Part shown: in pieces, positions 19,422 through 28,514 of the stretch | How positions within the stretch are numbered: position 1 is the stretch's first letter | How the letters are laid out: the number at the start of each line of letters is the position of its first letter | From: Giardia intestinalis | Lineage: Eukaryota | Length of the DNA: 64,000 nt | Assembly (NCBI GenBank): GCA_000002435.2 | Contig: CM018793.1 | Direction: 5' to 3' (one strand) | Made by a program: the position numbers and the translations under genes | The notes under the pieces: model-generated | Database searches by the model: none | Seen by the model: only the letters and a program-made list of their open reading frames with translations | Told to the model about the DNA's origin: nothing

Positions 19422-20690
19422 ATGAATGCGACAGCCACCATGATCTATAACAAATATGCACAGCAGTGTGCAGCAGCCTTCGGAAAGGCACGCCAGATCT
19501 CAAAGATAATCCCCATAAGGGACTTTAACAATTGGGCCAAGTCAGTGCTGATTAAGCAGTACTTGGTGCGTGGCTCGGGAAGGAAGGACTTATCTGTCAT
19601 GGACATGTGCAGTGGTCGTGGAGGAGATCTCAAGAAGTTTTCCGCGCTAGGAAGGGTCAGATACCTCGCATGCGTGGATGTCTCGTTAGAGTCCATCGTG
19701 GAGGCAATAATGCGCTACAACGCAATGGTGTCAGGCCCAAATAACAGGGGCCTCTATCTTGCAGACTTCGTTTGGGCTGATGTCTTCGAGACCGCTCTAT
19801 CAAAGCACTTCATTCCGCACAAAAAGGGGCTCCGTTTTGATATGATCTCGTGTCAATTCGCCCTGCACTACGCTTTTGAATCTGAAGCTCGAGCGAGGAT
19901 TCTCTTTCAGAACATAAGAGATTGTCTGAGTAACGAAGGTTCTTTCATAGCCATCTTTGCTTCTAAGGAGATAATATTGTCAAGACTGGAAGCAGCTGGT
20001 TATAGCTGGCCATCTGCAGCCATCCCTCCTTCGATAGGAAATGGGCTCTATAGTGTCCGCTTTACAGAGCCCTTCAGGGCCGATCCTCACAACCCGAATT
20101 ATGGTGTGAAGTACTACTTCGAGCTCGAAGAAGCCATAGATAATATACCCGAGTATTTTGTCGACTTTGAGAACATTCGGACTCTGTGCAAAGAATTTGG
20201 ACTGACCATCAAGAAGCATTTTGCAACTCTGAGCGACTTTTATAATGAATACTTCAATTTACATCCAGAACCATCTGAAACAGAGTTCTTCAAGCGCATG
20301 TTGAAAAATACCGGCAAATACCTGACACAGGAGATCCAGAGAGGAGAAAACCTTGAAAACAGTTGCAGTGACTTCTTTGATGACGCCAGCGAGGAAGAAC
20401 AGCCGGCCCAGCTTGCTGAAGGAACAGTTGTTACAGAGGTTGTGGACGTCAAGGCACTCACAGACCTGCCGGCCAAATATCTCGAAGTAATTAACATATA
20501 TCAAGCGGTGGTCATAGGGCATGCTCAGCCATCATCCTTCATTGAGCCATACACATGCAGAAGCGCGCCTGTGTGCCGGCGCTTAGCAGATGTAATCAAT
20601 TTAACCCCAAATAATATCTCGCGGGAGCAGCTTAGAGAGAGCTTTAGCAATCACTTCTGGACCCCAGGAACAGGTCTGGTTAAACAGTGA
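19422..20690 (+). CDS. mRNA cap guanine-N7 methyltransferase
   Basis: RDFNNWAKSVLIKQY...VMDMCSGRGGDLKKF matches the cap-MTase (Abd1/RNMT) N-terminal and SAM-binding motifs. AT-rich initiator aaaaaataaaagaccATG. Confidence 0.75.
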   Translation: MNATATMIYNKYAQQCAAAFGKARQISKIIPIRDFNNWAKSVLIKQYLVRGSGRKDLSVMDMCSGRGGDLKKFSALGRVRYLACVDVSLESIVEAIMRYNAMVSGPNNRGLYLADFVWADVFETALSKHFIPHKKGLRFDMISCQFALHYAFESEARARILFQNIRDCLSNEGSFIAIFASKEIILSRLEAAGYSWPSAAIPPSIGNGLYSVRFTEPFRADPHNPNYGVKYYFELEEAIDNIPEYFVDFENIRTLCKEFGLTIKKHFATLSDFYNEYFNLHPEPSETEFFKRMLKNTGKYLTQEIQRGENLENSCSDFFDDASEEEQPAQLAEGTVVTEVVDVKALTDLPAKYLEVINIYQAVVIGHAQPSSFIEPYTCRSAPVCRRLADVINLTPNNISREQLRESFSNHFWTPGTGLVKQ

Positions 20691-20715
20691 GACCCACAGT
20701 ACGTCTCGTATCTAT

Positions 20716-23661
20716 TTATGCACTCAAATTCTTGAAGTCAAATGGTATGGTGTCTGTAATATGCTTTGCTAATGAAAAGCCTTGTGGCACGGGGACAGTC
20801 GGCCACGTTCCCCTTACCTCCTTGAGTTCAACAAAGAGGGCGCTTCCATCCGTTATCATTCTCTCCTCGGAATCCGTTGCCTCGCCCTCTTTGACGCGCG
20901 ATCTACTGCACAGGTCGATCTTTCTTCTCACTAATCCGCCTAGCACCCCTATGCACCGCAGTACGTCCCACTTTATTGCCTCATCTAACTGGTTCACTGG
21001 AAGCTTCGTTAGGAGTACAACGATGTCCTTTGTGATCGAATCTCGCAGAAATGCCTTTTTGGTGAATGGCGTAAGGAGCTCTTCTACAATAAATGCTGAG
21101 TTCATTGTGGATGGGTCGCAGGAGCACGCATACTGAGCAAAAAAGTGACAAACAGCTCCTAAGAGCTTTCTGTCCATCTGAATCTCACTCAGCTCCTTTT
21201 GGGCCACGTCCAAAGCGTTTGCGTATGCATCCACAGGAACACATTCGGGGATAAGGGAGGCGATATTCGTTAGGACCCCATATCCATATAACCTGAAGTT
21301 ACTGGTTGTTACCAGCTTCGATCCAAACTGCACGACGCGCTGTATGCACGAAGTAGACGTGCCATCAGGAGCAGTTATGGGGTTGTTCAAGAGTGACCTG
21401 TTGTGTGCCACAGCCAGGCTAACAAACGAGTTCATCGCCAGTGCATATGCTGGTATAGAAGCAGAGACCTGCAGTGAAGCTGCATTGATATACATAGGAA
21501 GAATTTCTTTGAACAAAACAGGATAGTGTGCTTCGGTGAAAGCATCTGTGAGGGCTGCTATTTGCATAAGAGGGGAGAGTAGTTGGAAGTAAATAGGCAG
21601 CCAATCCTCTTCATTTTCTAGCTGGCTGTACAACGAAGCAAACAACTTTATCATCTGGTTCACCACTTCAGAATTTGTTTTGATTCCAGAGATGGCTCGG
21701 TCCGATATTACATTGAGTATAATGACAAGAGACTCGAAAAGCTTATGCACGAATTTTAGTCGATCCTTCCTCTGGAGACAGGTAGGGAAAACAAAAGAGA
21801 AAAAGAGGACGACAAGCTCGACCAGCGCATCGATAGTCATCGACTGGGAGACGAGGCGTAGAACGGCTGAGAACGCATTAGCAACGTAGACATCATTTGT
21901 ACCGGAGTGGAGCAGAAGACAAGTGCTGCTTCCCTGACCACTCGATGAAAGAAATGTGTGAAGGAGTTGAATGAACTGTGGCTCTAGCTGTGCGACTACA
22001 CTAGTGTGCTTGCAGTTCTTCAGAATCGTAGATAGGCAGGATGATAATACTGAATTGGAGACGTTGTTGTGGGAACAGCTGAGGCACCGTAGTAATGCCT
22101 GTAAGCCTTCGCTGAACTGCTCCTCCGTCATTATATTGCGGAAATCGGTAACAAAGTGCATAATTTCACAGAGTGCAAGGGTTTTTGCGGCGGACAATTC
22201 CATCGGCTCCGTACTGGACGCAAGATAGGGTAGTCTAAGGCTGGGAGCGATAACCGTAGCGTAAAACTCATTGAAGTTAGAATCAGATATAATAAGACTG
22301 ACTCCAGTGAACTTCGACACTTGCTGAATGACCACAGCGCGATAGAATGCAAGTGCTTGACAAAGAGAGACGAACCAGTCAAGTGTTCCTTGTCCCTGGC
22401 CCAAGGAAGCGATGCTTTCTTGAGCCTTCTGCATAGCGACTCCCCTGGCCTCTGGTAAGGCCCTACAGACAGTGCGCAGAATCCCCTCACAAGCAGAACG
22501 ACGAGATGTGCTATCACCTATCGACAGAAGCCCGCAAACGTACTCGTGATCCTCCTCCTCTATAGCCTCAAAGTCAGAGGCTGTAAGCCGCAACGCAGAA
22601 AATATGACCTGGTTCATCAGCTGCGGCGCGTTGGCATAGATGTACTTTTGAGACTCTAGACCCTCTGCGAAGAAGTGCAAGTGAAAAAGGATGTCTGTGA
22701 GGATCATGTTGAATGTCTTATGTTCCGTAACAGCCACATAGTTACATGCCATATCAATCAAGAGCTTTATCACATTTGCGGCATGTGCTTCCAATTCTGC
22801 ATTATGGGCGCTGATAGAATTGCAGAGCATGCTTAAGATCTTCTTGCACACCTCTGCTACAATGGGGTCCGTCAGGTTGAAGCCTTGAGACGCCAGCGTT
22901 CTTAAATCAAGGAATGTGACAGAAGAGGTTGCTATGTACAAATACTTGTCGTTGTATATTGTTGGTAAATCATCCAGAGAGTACATAGACATAAGGAACG
23001 AGTAGAGAGAGTGCAAGAAGCTCTGGTAAGCGATGAATGAGGCCTGGTCTCGCAGGGAGGCAACGTAACACGTAGTTGCCATGGTCAACAGGGAAATAAT
23101 GAGCTCTGAAGTGGAGCCAATTATGCTCTTCAACTTAAGGGCGATCGTATCATCTAGCTCCACAGTAGCGGCGTGGGATGGGAAGGGAAGCATGAGGAAT
23201 ATTACATCACTGAGTATACATAGAACATCGGGCGTTAGAACCCCTTGATACGTCAGGGGGTCGATGCCATTTTCCCGCAAAACACCATACAGGATGCTGG
23301 CACAGTCACTGTATAGATTTGGAAGCTTTCCACATTGGTAGAGGTGGTTGAGTGTTACAGCAAGACAGTCCTTTATGACTCGCCGAATCTTTAGTGGCAA
23401 AGTACAGAAGCAATGGAGCGTAGACTGGGAGAACTCCATGAGCACGCTCTTCTCATGAGAAAGAGGACTCCTAAATATCTGGGAGAAGTAAATGGATGCT
23501 AAATATCGTGTCTGCTCGTCATTTGAAGCGTCGAGCATATAACTATAGAGCATGTTTGCGAACTCCGGCGACCCCTTGAGCTTCTGAATAGCATCCGTGC
23601 TCGCCTGAACGCGGGAGGGGTCCAAGGTCCCCAGAAGCAGCTCACGGACGTTTGAATACAT
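20716..23661 (-). CDS. Karyopherin-beta (importin/exportin) family HEAT-repeat protein
   Basis: 981 aa, all alpha-helical repeats. The N-terminus (LLLGTLDPSRVQASTDAIQKLKGSPEFANMLYSYML...TRYLASIYFSQIFR) fits the importin-beta N-terminal domain pattern. Confidence 0.5.
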   Translation of the reverse strand: MYSNVRELLLGTLDPSRVQASTDAIQKLKGSPEFANMLYSYMLDASNDEQTRYLASIYFSQIFRSPLSHEKSVLMEFSQSTLHCFCTLPLKIRRVIKDCLAVTLNHLYQCGKLPNLYSDCASILYGVLRENGIDPLTYQGVLTPDVLCILSDVIFLMLPFPSHAATVELDDTIALKLKSIIGSTSELIISLLTMATTCYVASLRDQASFIAYQSFLHSLYSFLMSMYSLDDLPTIYNDKYLYIATSSVTFLDLRTLASQGFNLTDPIVAEVCKKILSMLCNSISAHNAELEAHAANVIKLLIDMACNYVAVTEHKTFNMILTDILFHLHFFAEGLESQKYIYANAPQLMNQVIFSALRLTASDFEAIEEEDHEYVCGLLSIGDSTSRRSACEGILRTVCRALPEARGVAMQKAQESIASLGQGQGTLDWFVSLCQALAFYRAVVIQQVSKFTGVSLIISDSNFNEFYATVIAPSLRLPYLASSTEPMELSAAKTLALCEIMHFVTDFRNIMTEEQFSEGLQALLRCLSCSHNNVSNSVLSSCLSTILKNCKHTSVVAQLEPQFIQLLHTFLSSSGQGSSTCLLLHSGTNDVYVANAFSAVLRLVSQSMTIDALVELVVLFFSFVFPTCLQRKDRLKFVHKLFESLVIILNVISDRAISGIKTNSEVVNQMIKLFASLYSQLENEEDWLPIYFQLLSPLMQIAALTDAFTEAHYPVLFKEILPMYINAASLQVSASIPAYALAMNSFVSLAVAHNRSLLNNPITAPDGTSTSCIQRVVQFGSKLVTTSNFRLYGYGVLTNIASLIPECVPVDAYANALDVAQKELSEIQMDRKLLGAVCHFFAQYACSCDPSTMNSAFIVEELLTPFTKKAFLRDSITKDIVVLLTKLPVNQLDEAIKWDVLRCIGVLGGLVRRKIDLCSRSRVKEGEATDSEERMITDGSALFVELKEVRGTWPTVPVPQGFSLAKHITDTIPFDFKNLSA

Positions 23662-23667
23662 TTTAAT

Positions 23668-24171
23668 TTACTGCGTCTTAGACCTATTTGCTGGGCTTAC
23701 AGGAGCCAGCATCCGCGCTATAGCAGGGTTTTCTCGTTGAAGTTCTACCAGAGCAGCCTCAAGACTGGCCTTTGTGTGATATGTTTTTTGATCTTCATTG
23801 GTGCAGAATATTTGCTTTACCTTTTGTACGTAGGAGTGGAGGATGTCTGTTACGGCAGCCGAAATGGCAATTGCTGCTTCATCGCTGACAATTATCCTGG
23901 AAACGCCTGTATCAGCGTTTGGGTCTCTCTCACTGATATAAGATACTGAATCTTGGCCCGAGTGATGCCTTAGAGCATCAACAAACAGCCTTCCAGCATC
24001 ACGCCGCTTCAGGCCACAACTCATATATGGAGGCGCAGGGACAGATGCAAGACGGTGAGTCTTGGCCTGACCCTGCTGAGTCTCTGTCTTTGACGTGATA
24101 TAAGGACCATTCCACTCCTCAGAATCGCCGCCCGCACTGTCTGCTGGGGAGGGTATATTGTCACCTTGCAT
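23668..24171 (-). CDS. Hypothetical 167-aa protein, possibly histone-fold-like
   Basis: ATG start. RIIVSDEAAIAISAAVTDILHSYVQKVKQIF...EDQKTYHTKASLEAAL resembles the alpha1-alpha2-alpha3 pattern of NC2/NF-Y/Dpb4-type histone folds. Its stop lies 6 nt from the ATG of the next gene. Confidence 0.35.
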   Translation of the reverse strand: MQGDNIPSPADSAGGDSEEWNGPYITSKTETQQGQAKTHRLASVPAPPYMSCGLKRRDAGRLFVDALRHHSGQDSVSYISERDPNADTGVSRIIVSDEAAIAISAAVTDILHSYVQKVKQIFCTNEDQKTYHTKASLEAALVELQRENPAIARMLAPVSPANRSKTQ

Positions 24172-24256
24172 GAGCTGGTGTGAAGAGCGGAGAATCTTTT
24201 TTGTCGCCGCTCACTGAAGGCAAGACTCTCTGTTGCCAGCTATCCAGCGATTGTAG

Positions 24257-25717
24257 TCATATACCAGCATCTAGGATCTTATCATGTTGAAGGACGATGA
24301 AGCTAAGATCCTCCTTTGGAAGAGCAAGTTCAAAGAGGCTGTCAAGTTCATCCTCATTCAGATCTATCTTGGCAGAGGCCTGGAGGTTTCTAATAGACTG
24401 AGATAGATTGGCCTTTGACTTACCAAACCAGTTCTTGGCGATTGTACTCTGGGTGACATCTGTATCCTTAGTCTTGGTGAACAGCCCCAGAAGCTTGTCC
24501 GCCTTCGAGGTGGCCAGAGAAGGAGGTGCATCTATAGACTGCTGCAGATGGGCCTCCCGACCTGACACAGCGGGTTTATCGGGAACCAGTGGATGAATCC
24601 CAAATGTCAGGTTGACCATTGCCACCCAGGGGTGTGCCAGGAGATCGTCCACAGACGCCCTAGCTTCTGGATTTATTTGCAAGCACTTGGAGAGGAAGTC
24701 CCTCCCCTCGTCTGACATGGTTTCTGGCAGCCCTGGTGGCTCTGTGATAGTGGCAATGTGATACAGCAGGGCAGGAACCTGCTTGAACTGGAAGAATGGA
24801 GGGTATGTCGTGAACATCTCGATGAACAGGCACCCGATGGACCAGATGTCTGCTTTGAAGATATCGTAGAGTGTGGACCTTACGCATTCTGGGGCAATCC
24901 AATAAGGAGAACCTTTAATTCCTAGATTGAACTTTTTTGCAGCTTCGGATGGCAGGCCTGGCTTCTTAGGGTCTGCCTCTGTTTCCTTCCGGCGTTGAAG
25001 TTCATTGATGATGTCGTCCCGCGCCAGTCTAGTGGCAGTTCCAAAGTCAACCAGCTTCACCAACCCGTCGCCACCGATCATTATATTACTGCACTTAAGA
25101 TCTAAGTGTGCAACATTCTGTCTATGCATATGCTTAATGGCCTCCAGAATTTGCCTAGCATACCGTCTACAGAGGATTTCGGGTATACCCTTGAATGACT
25201 TTGAGAGAGACGCAAGGCTTCCTCCGGCAATAAAGTCCATGACAATGAGCAGCTTGTTGCCATCGTCAGATACCTCGATGTCATATATGTTAACGATATT
25301 TGGATGCCTCAAGTTGATCAAGATCCGTGTCTCAGCGTCGATGGCTTCAAGAACTTCCCGACTGCAATTCTTGACTACCATCTCTTTGACAGCTAGCAGT
25401 TTTCCTGTGAGGTGTTCAAGGGCTAAATAGACTTGTCCAAAGCTCCCGTGCCCTATTATCCGTCCTAAGGAATATTTGAGGTGACGCTGACGCGGCTTTG
25501 GCGGACTGAACTCGCGGTCTGGCCGCTTGTCCTCGTTGTCATCCTCGTTGTCATAGTTGTCATAGTTATCCCCCGCGGCCAGCAAGCTGATGCCGGACTG
25601 GTCCACTGCCGCCTCAAGTCCCAATTTATCTCGCTCTAATTGAGGAACAGGAAGCAGGCTACCATCAATATGTTCTGAAGTGGCATTACCAGGGACCGAA
25701 GACGCCCCAACTCCCAT
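24257..25717 (-). CDS. Ser/Thr protein kinase (STE-like), catalytic loop HLDLK (non-RD)
   Basis: GHGSFGQVYLA...LAVKEM, HLDLKCSNIMI, VDFGTA, GSPYWIAPE. N-terminal acidic DNYDNYDNEDD stretch. Confidence 0.8.
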   Translation of the reverse strand: MGVGASSVPGNATSEHIDGSLLPVPQLERDKLGLEAAVDQSGISLLAAGDNYDNYDNEDDNEDKRPDREFSPPKPRQRHLKYSLGRIIGHGSFGQVYLALEHLTGKLLAVKEMVVKNCSREVLEAIDAETRILINLRHPNIVNIYDIEVSDDGNKLLIVMDFIAGGSLASLSKSFKGIPEILCRRYARQILEAIKHMHRQNVAHLDLKCSNIMIGGDGLVKLVDFGTATRLARDDIINELQRRKETEADPKKPGLPSEAAKKFNLGIKGSPYWIAPECVRSTLYDIFKADIWSIGCLFIEMFTTYPPFFQFKQVPALLYHIATITEPPGLPETMSDEGRDFLSKCLQINPEARASVDDLLAHPWVAMVNLTFGIHPLVPDKPAVSGREAHLQQSIDAPPSLATSKADKLLGLFTKTKDTDVTQSTIAKNWFGKSKANLSQSIRNLQASAKIDLNEDELDSLFELALPKEDLSFIVLQHDKILDAGI

Positions 25718-25798
25718 GCCAGCACGTGGTTGCGGCGATTTTGACTAGTTGGCGAATCAAAAAAATGCATTATTTTTAAAGCGTTTTAAAACAGGAAG

Positions 25799-26116
25799 AT
25801 GAATGCGATGAGCGCTGCAGACGCTGGCACATCTTACAAATGCCCGTACAGAGCCATTCACATACATATAGTCAAAAAGGGTAAAAAGTACACAACGCAG
25901 GTAGTGAACATCAACCAGAGCTATAACTTTGACAAGATCGTCAAGGCCATAAAAAGGGACCTATGCTGTTCGGCATATGTTTTCGACGAGACAGACGGAA
26001 CCAAGTCCATTCATGTCCGCGGCAATTACTACCGTGAGATCGTTGAGTGGCTGCTCAGGGAGCGGATCGTCAAGGTCAAAGAGCAGATCAAACCCCACAA
26101 TGCAGTTCAGAGTTAG
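25799..26116 (+). CDS. SUI1: Translation initiation factor eIF1 (SUI1)
   Basis: 105 aa. IHIHIVKKGKKYTTQVVNI...DKIVKAIKRDLCCSAYVFDETDGTKSIHVRGNYYREIVEWL aligns with the SUI1 core (IHIRIQQRNGRKTLTTVQGI...KKFACNGTV...IQLQGDQR..I..FL). Confidence 0.8.
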   Translation: MNAMSAADAGTSYKCPYRAIHIHIVKKGKKYTTQVVNINQSYNFDKIVKAIKRDLCCSAYVFDETDGTKSIHVRGNYYREIVEWLLRERIVKVKEQIKPHNAVQS

Positions 26117-26222
26117 GCAACCGGCTCCATAATACCTTCACTACTTATTTACAGCTCCACTTCCTTGCACAGCTCCGCAATCTAAAAGAGGCCATAGCCT
26201 TTCTGTCAAGAGGAAAGTTCCG

Positions 26223-27323
26223 TTACAAGAAGAAGCGGGTTCTGCTATGGTGGTCCATTTCCGGTTTGTAGAACCACTCGTACTCCTCGTTATGCGGGTC
26301 GAATAGCCCTTTTTGCAACCATTTTAACTTCAGAGTAAACTGCGGTCCCAACTCGTGCATACGGACGATAACCTCAGACGTGGGGTCCTTCTTGTCCTTG
26401 TTTTCAAAGATGTATCTGTAGGCCCTGAAGAAGATAAAGTCGCGCTGATTATGAAACGTGATAACCTGGCGCGCCCGCAGGTGCTCCTCACGGCTAAGCA
26501 TGGATTGAATCATACGGCCCACGCGGCGGCCTAGGCGCGTCTTGAAGTTATTCATGATCACCTCGGGTGGGCAGTCAGGGATAGGAACTCCAGATCCCAC
26601 GAGCTCCTTGTGGGTGTAGACGTTAGTCATTCTGAACCACGCCGTGGGCCCTGCAGGAAGAGCCATCATCATCATGTGAGTTATAATATCTCTATCTTCA
26701 TGCACAATGATAACGCTGGTAAACCCCTCGTCTATTAGCCTAACTGCAAGCTGCCGAATCTGGAGCTCTTCGCGGGGGATATAGGATATGACGCCTCCCA
26801 GCACCTTGATAAAATCGTCGATAAACTGCAGTGTTCCCTTGTTCTTGCAGCCAACAGACGTAGTTATGGCTACCTTGACTATGCGAGTGCCGTCGAAGTA
26901 CTCGCCAAACTCGTCCAGGGTTTCTGCATGCACCAGCTCCTCTGCAACGACCTCCTTTGCATGTGCAGTCATCGTTGCATCCTCGTCACGCTTGGAATCC
27001 AATGTCAAGCGTGGCTTGCGGAGAGAAGTAATATCTTTTCCTTCGGCCCTCAATTGTGCCTCTTGCTCATCCCGTCGCCTGTGGAGCTCTCGCTTAACTC
27101 TGAGCTTCTGGTCACGGACCTCCTGCACTATACGGAGGCGTTTAAGGCGGTTCCGAATGCGTGAGGGGTTGTGTCTGATGGATAGATTTCCTGGTGTGCG
27201 GGACTGCAAGTCTTGAATTTCTTCATCGATGGGGCGCGCGGGCTTCATGCCCAGCGGCTTTTCTTTGCGGAACGGATTGGAATACGAAGAGAAGATCCTC
27301 TTGCGAGGAGCACTGGGAGTCAT
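26223..27323 (-). CDS. Brix-domain ribosome biogenesis protein (RPF1/IMP4-like)
   Basis: Basic N-terminal region, then a Brix core VAITTSVGC...VIIVHEDRD...LPAGPTAWFRMTNV. Confidence 0.65.
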   Translation of the reverse strand: MTPSAPRKRIFSSYSNPFRKEKPLGMKPARPIDEEIQDLQSRTPGNLSIRHNPSRIRNRLKRLRIVQEVRDQKLRVKRELHRRRDEQEAQLRAEGKDITSLRKPRLTLDSKRDEDATMTAHAKEVVAEELVHAETLDEFGEYFDGTRIVKVAITTSVGCKNKGTLQFIDDFIKVLGGVISYIPREELQIRQLAVRLIDEGFTSVIIVHEDRDIITHMMMMALPAGPTAWFRMTNVYTHKELVGSGVPIPDCPPEVIMNNFKTRLGRRVGRMIQSMLSREEHLRARQVITFHNQRDFIFFRAYRYIFENKDKKDPTSEVIVRMHELGPQFTLKLKWLQKGLFDPHNEEYEWFYKPEMDHHSRTRFFL

Positions 27324-27396
27324 GAATTAATTGTTTTAAACTCCTCAAATCTGCTTGCGTTAAGACCACACATTGTGACCCACAAAACAGGCACAT

Positions 27397-28275
27397 TCAT
27401 CCCATGTATGGAACTATAAATCTCATTGAGGAGTCTAGGTCACCGTCGATTGCAGGGTGTACTGTCATAGAGCATATGGAAGCCTCAGACTTTATTCTGC
27501 GAGCAACCTCTTGATCCTCTTGACCAGGAATTGGAAGAGCAAATGTTCGTACTGGATAGATATCTCTTTCAAATGCATCCCTTAGTGCATCTCTCGAGAT
27601 GGTTGACGAGAAGTAAAGTACACACGCATTTCTTCCGTGATAGCATACCCCAGAGAGCCCTACCAACAAGGGGAACTTGTATTTCTCTAGGTCTGCATGA
27701 TCAATTATGAGAGCTAACTGGCGATCTTCATCGAAGGCAGATTGCAAAAGCTCCTCTGTGCATTGGCTAGACAACTCTATCAAATCATCAACCTCGCCCT
27801 CAAACTCTGGTCCTGTTGGAATAACGATCTTGCTTTCAAGCACAGAACTTCTAATGCTTATGCAGGCGTCCACTTGGAGCGTCCCCGGTTGGCCCTTCTT
27901 CATGAGAGACCGCGAGCAGGAGTTCAAGATGGCATAAAGGTGGGCATCTGGTTTTTCTAACTTATGCTTACTGAACTTATACAAGAGGAAGAGGAGGCGT
28001 AAACAGTTGGAAGCATCGATGCTCTTCTTGGCAAAGATCCTCACATGCACCTCTTTTGTACGAACCTCAAACATCCCAAATAGCGAGGTGCTGCCACCAA
28101 CTGGCCTGTCGTCAAGTATTGTAGCTTTGTGTATCTCCTTGCATAGATCAACAGAAACAAGCATTGGTAGCTTTGTAGACCAATTTGTATCAATTATCCA
28201 GCTGACCGCTGCAACGCCCACCTCTTCGAGTGCAGTACGCAGAAATTCAAACAATGAATTAACTGCTCTGAACAT
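27397..28275 (-). CDS. Hypothetical protein
   Basis: 292-aa ORF. ATG in an AT-rich context (gcagcaacaaaaaATG). No family recognised. Confidence 0.4.
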   Translation of the reverse strand: MFRAVNSLFEFLRTALEEVGVAAVSWIIDTNWSTKLPMLVSVDLCKEIHKATILDDRPVGGSTSLFGMFEVRTKEVHVRIFAKKSIDASNCLRLLFLLYKFSKHKLEKPDAHLYAILNSCSRSLMKKGQPGTLQVDACISIRSSVLESKIVIPTGPEFEGEVDDLIELSSQCTEELLQSAFDEDRQLALIIDHADLEKYKFPLLVGLSGVCYHGRNACVLYFSSTISRDALRDAFERDIYPVRTFALPIPGQEDQEVARRIKSEASICSMTVHPAIDGDLDSSMRFIVPYMG

Positions 28276-28514
28276 TTTTTGTTGCTGCGGCTCTCAGCTC
28301 CTACAGTTTGCAACCGTATGCATACTGTGCTGATCATGTGGCAGCAAACTTTCCCTTTATTTTCAAATCACATCTTGTCCTACTGTTGCGATGCTGACTA
28401 TCTTTTGACCCTTGTGAATCATTCTAGTCACTCGCATATATACGTTATACTAAGCTACTATGGAAAAAAGTTGATAGCTAAGACAATCTATCCTGCCATC
28501 AATCAAAATTTACA

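Noticed and set aside
25005-25430. 141-aa plus-strand ORF
   Set aside because: It is antisense to the protein kinase gene.
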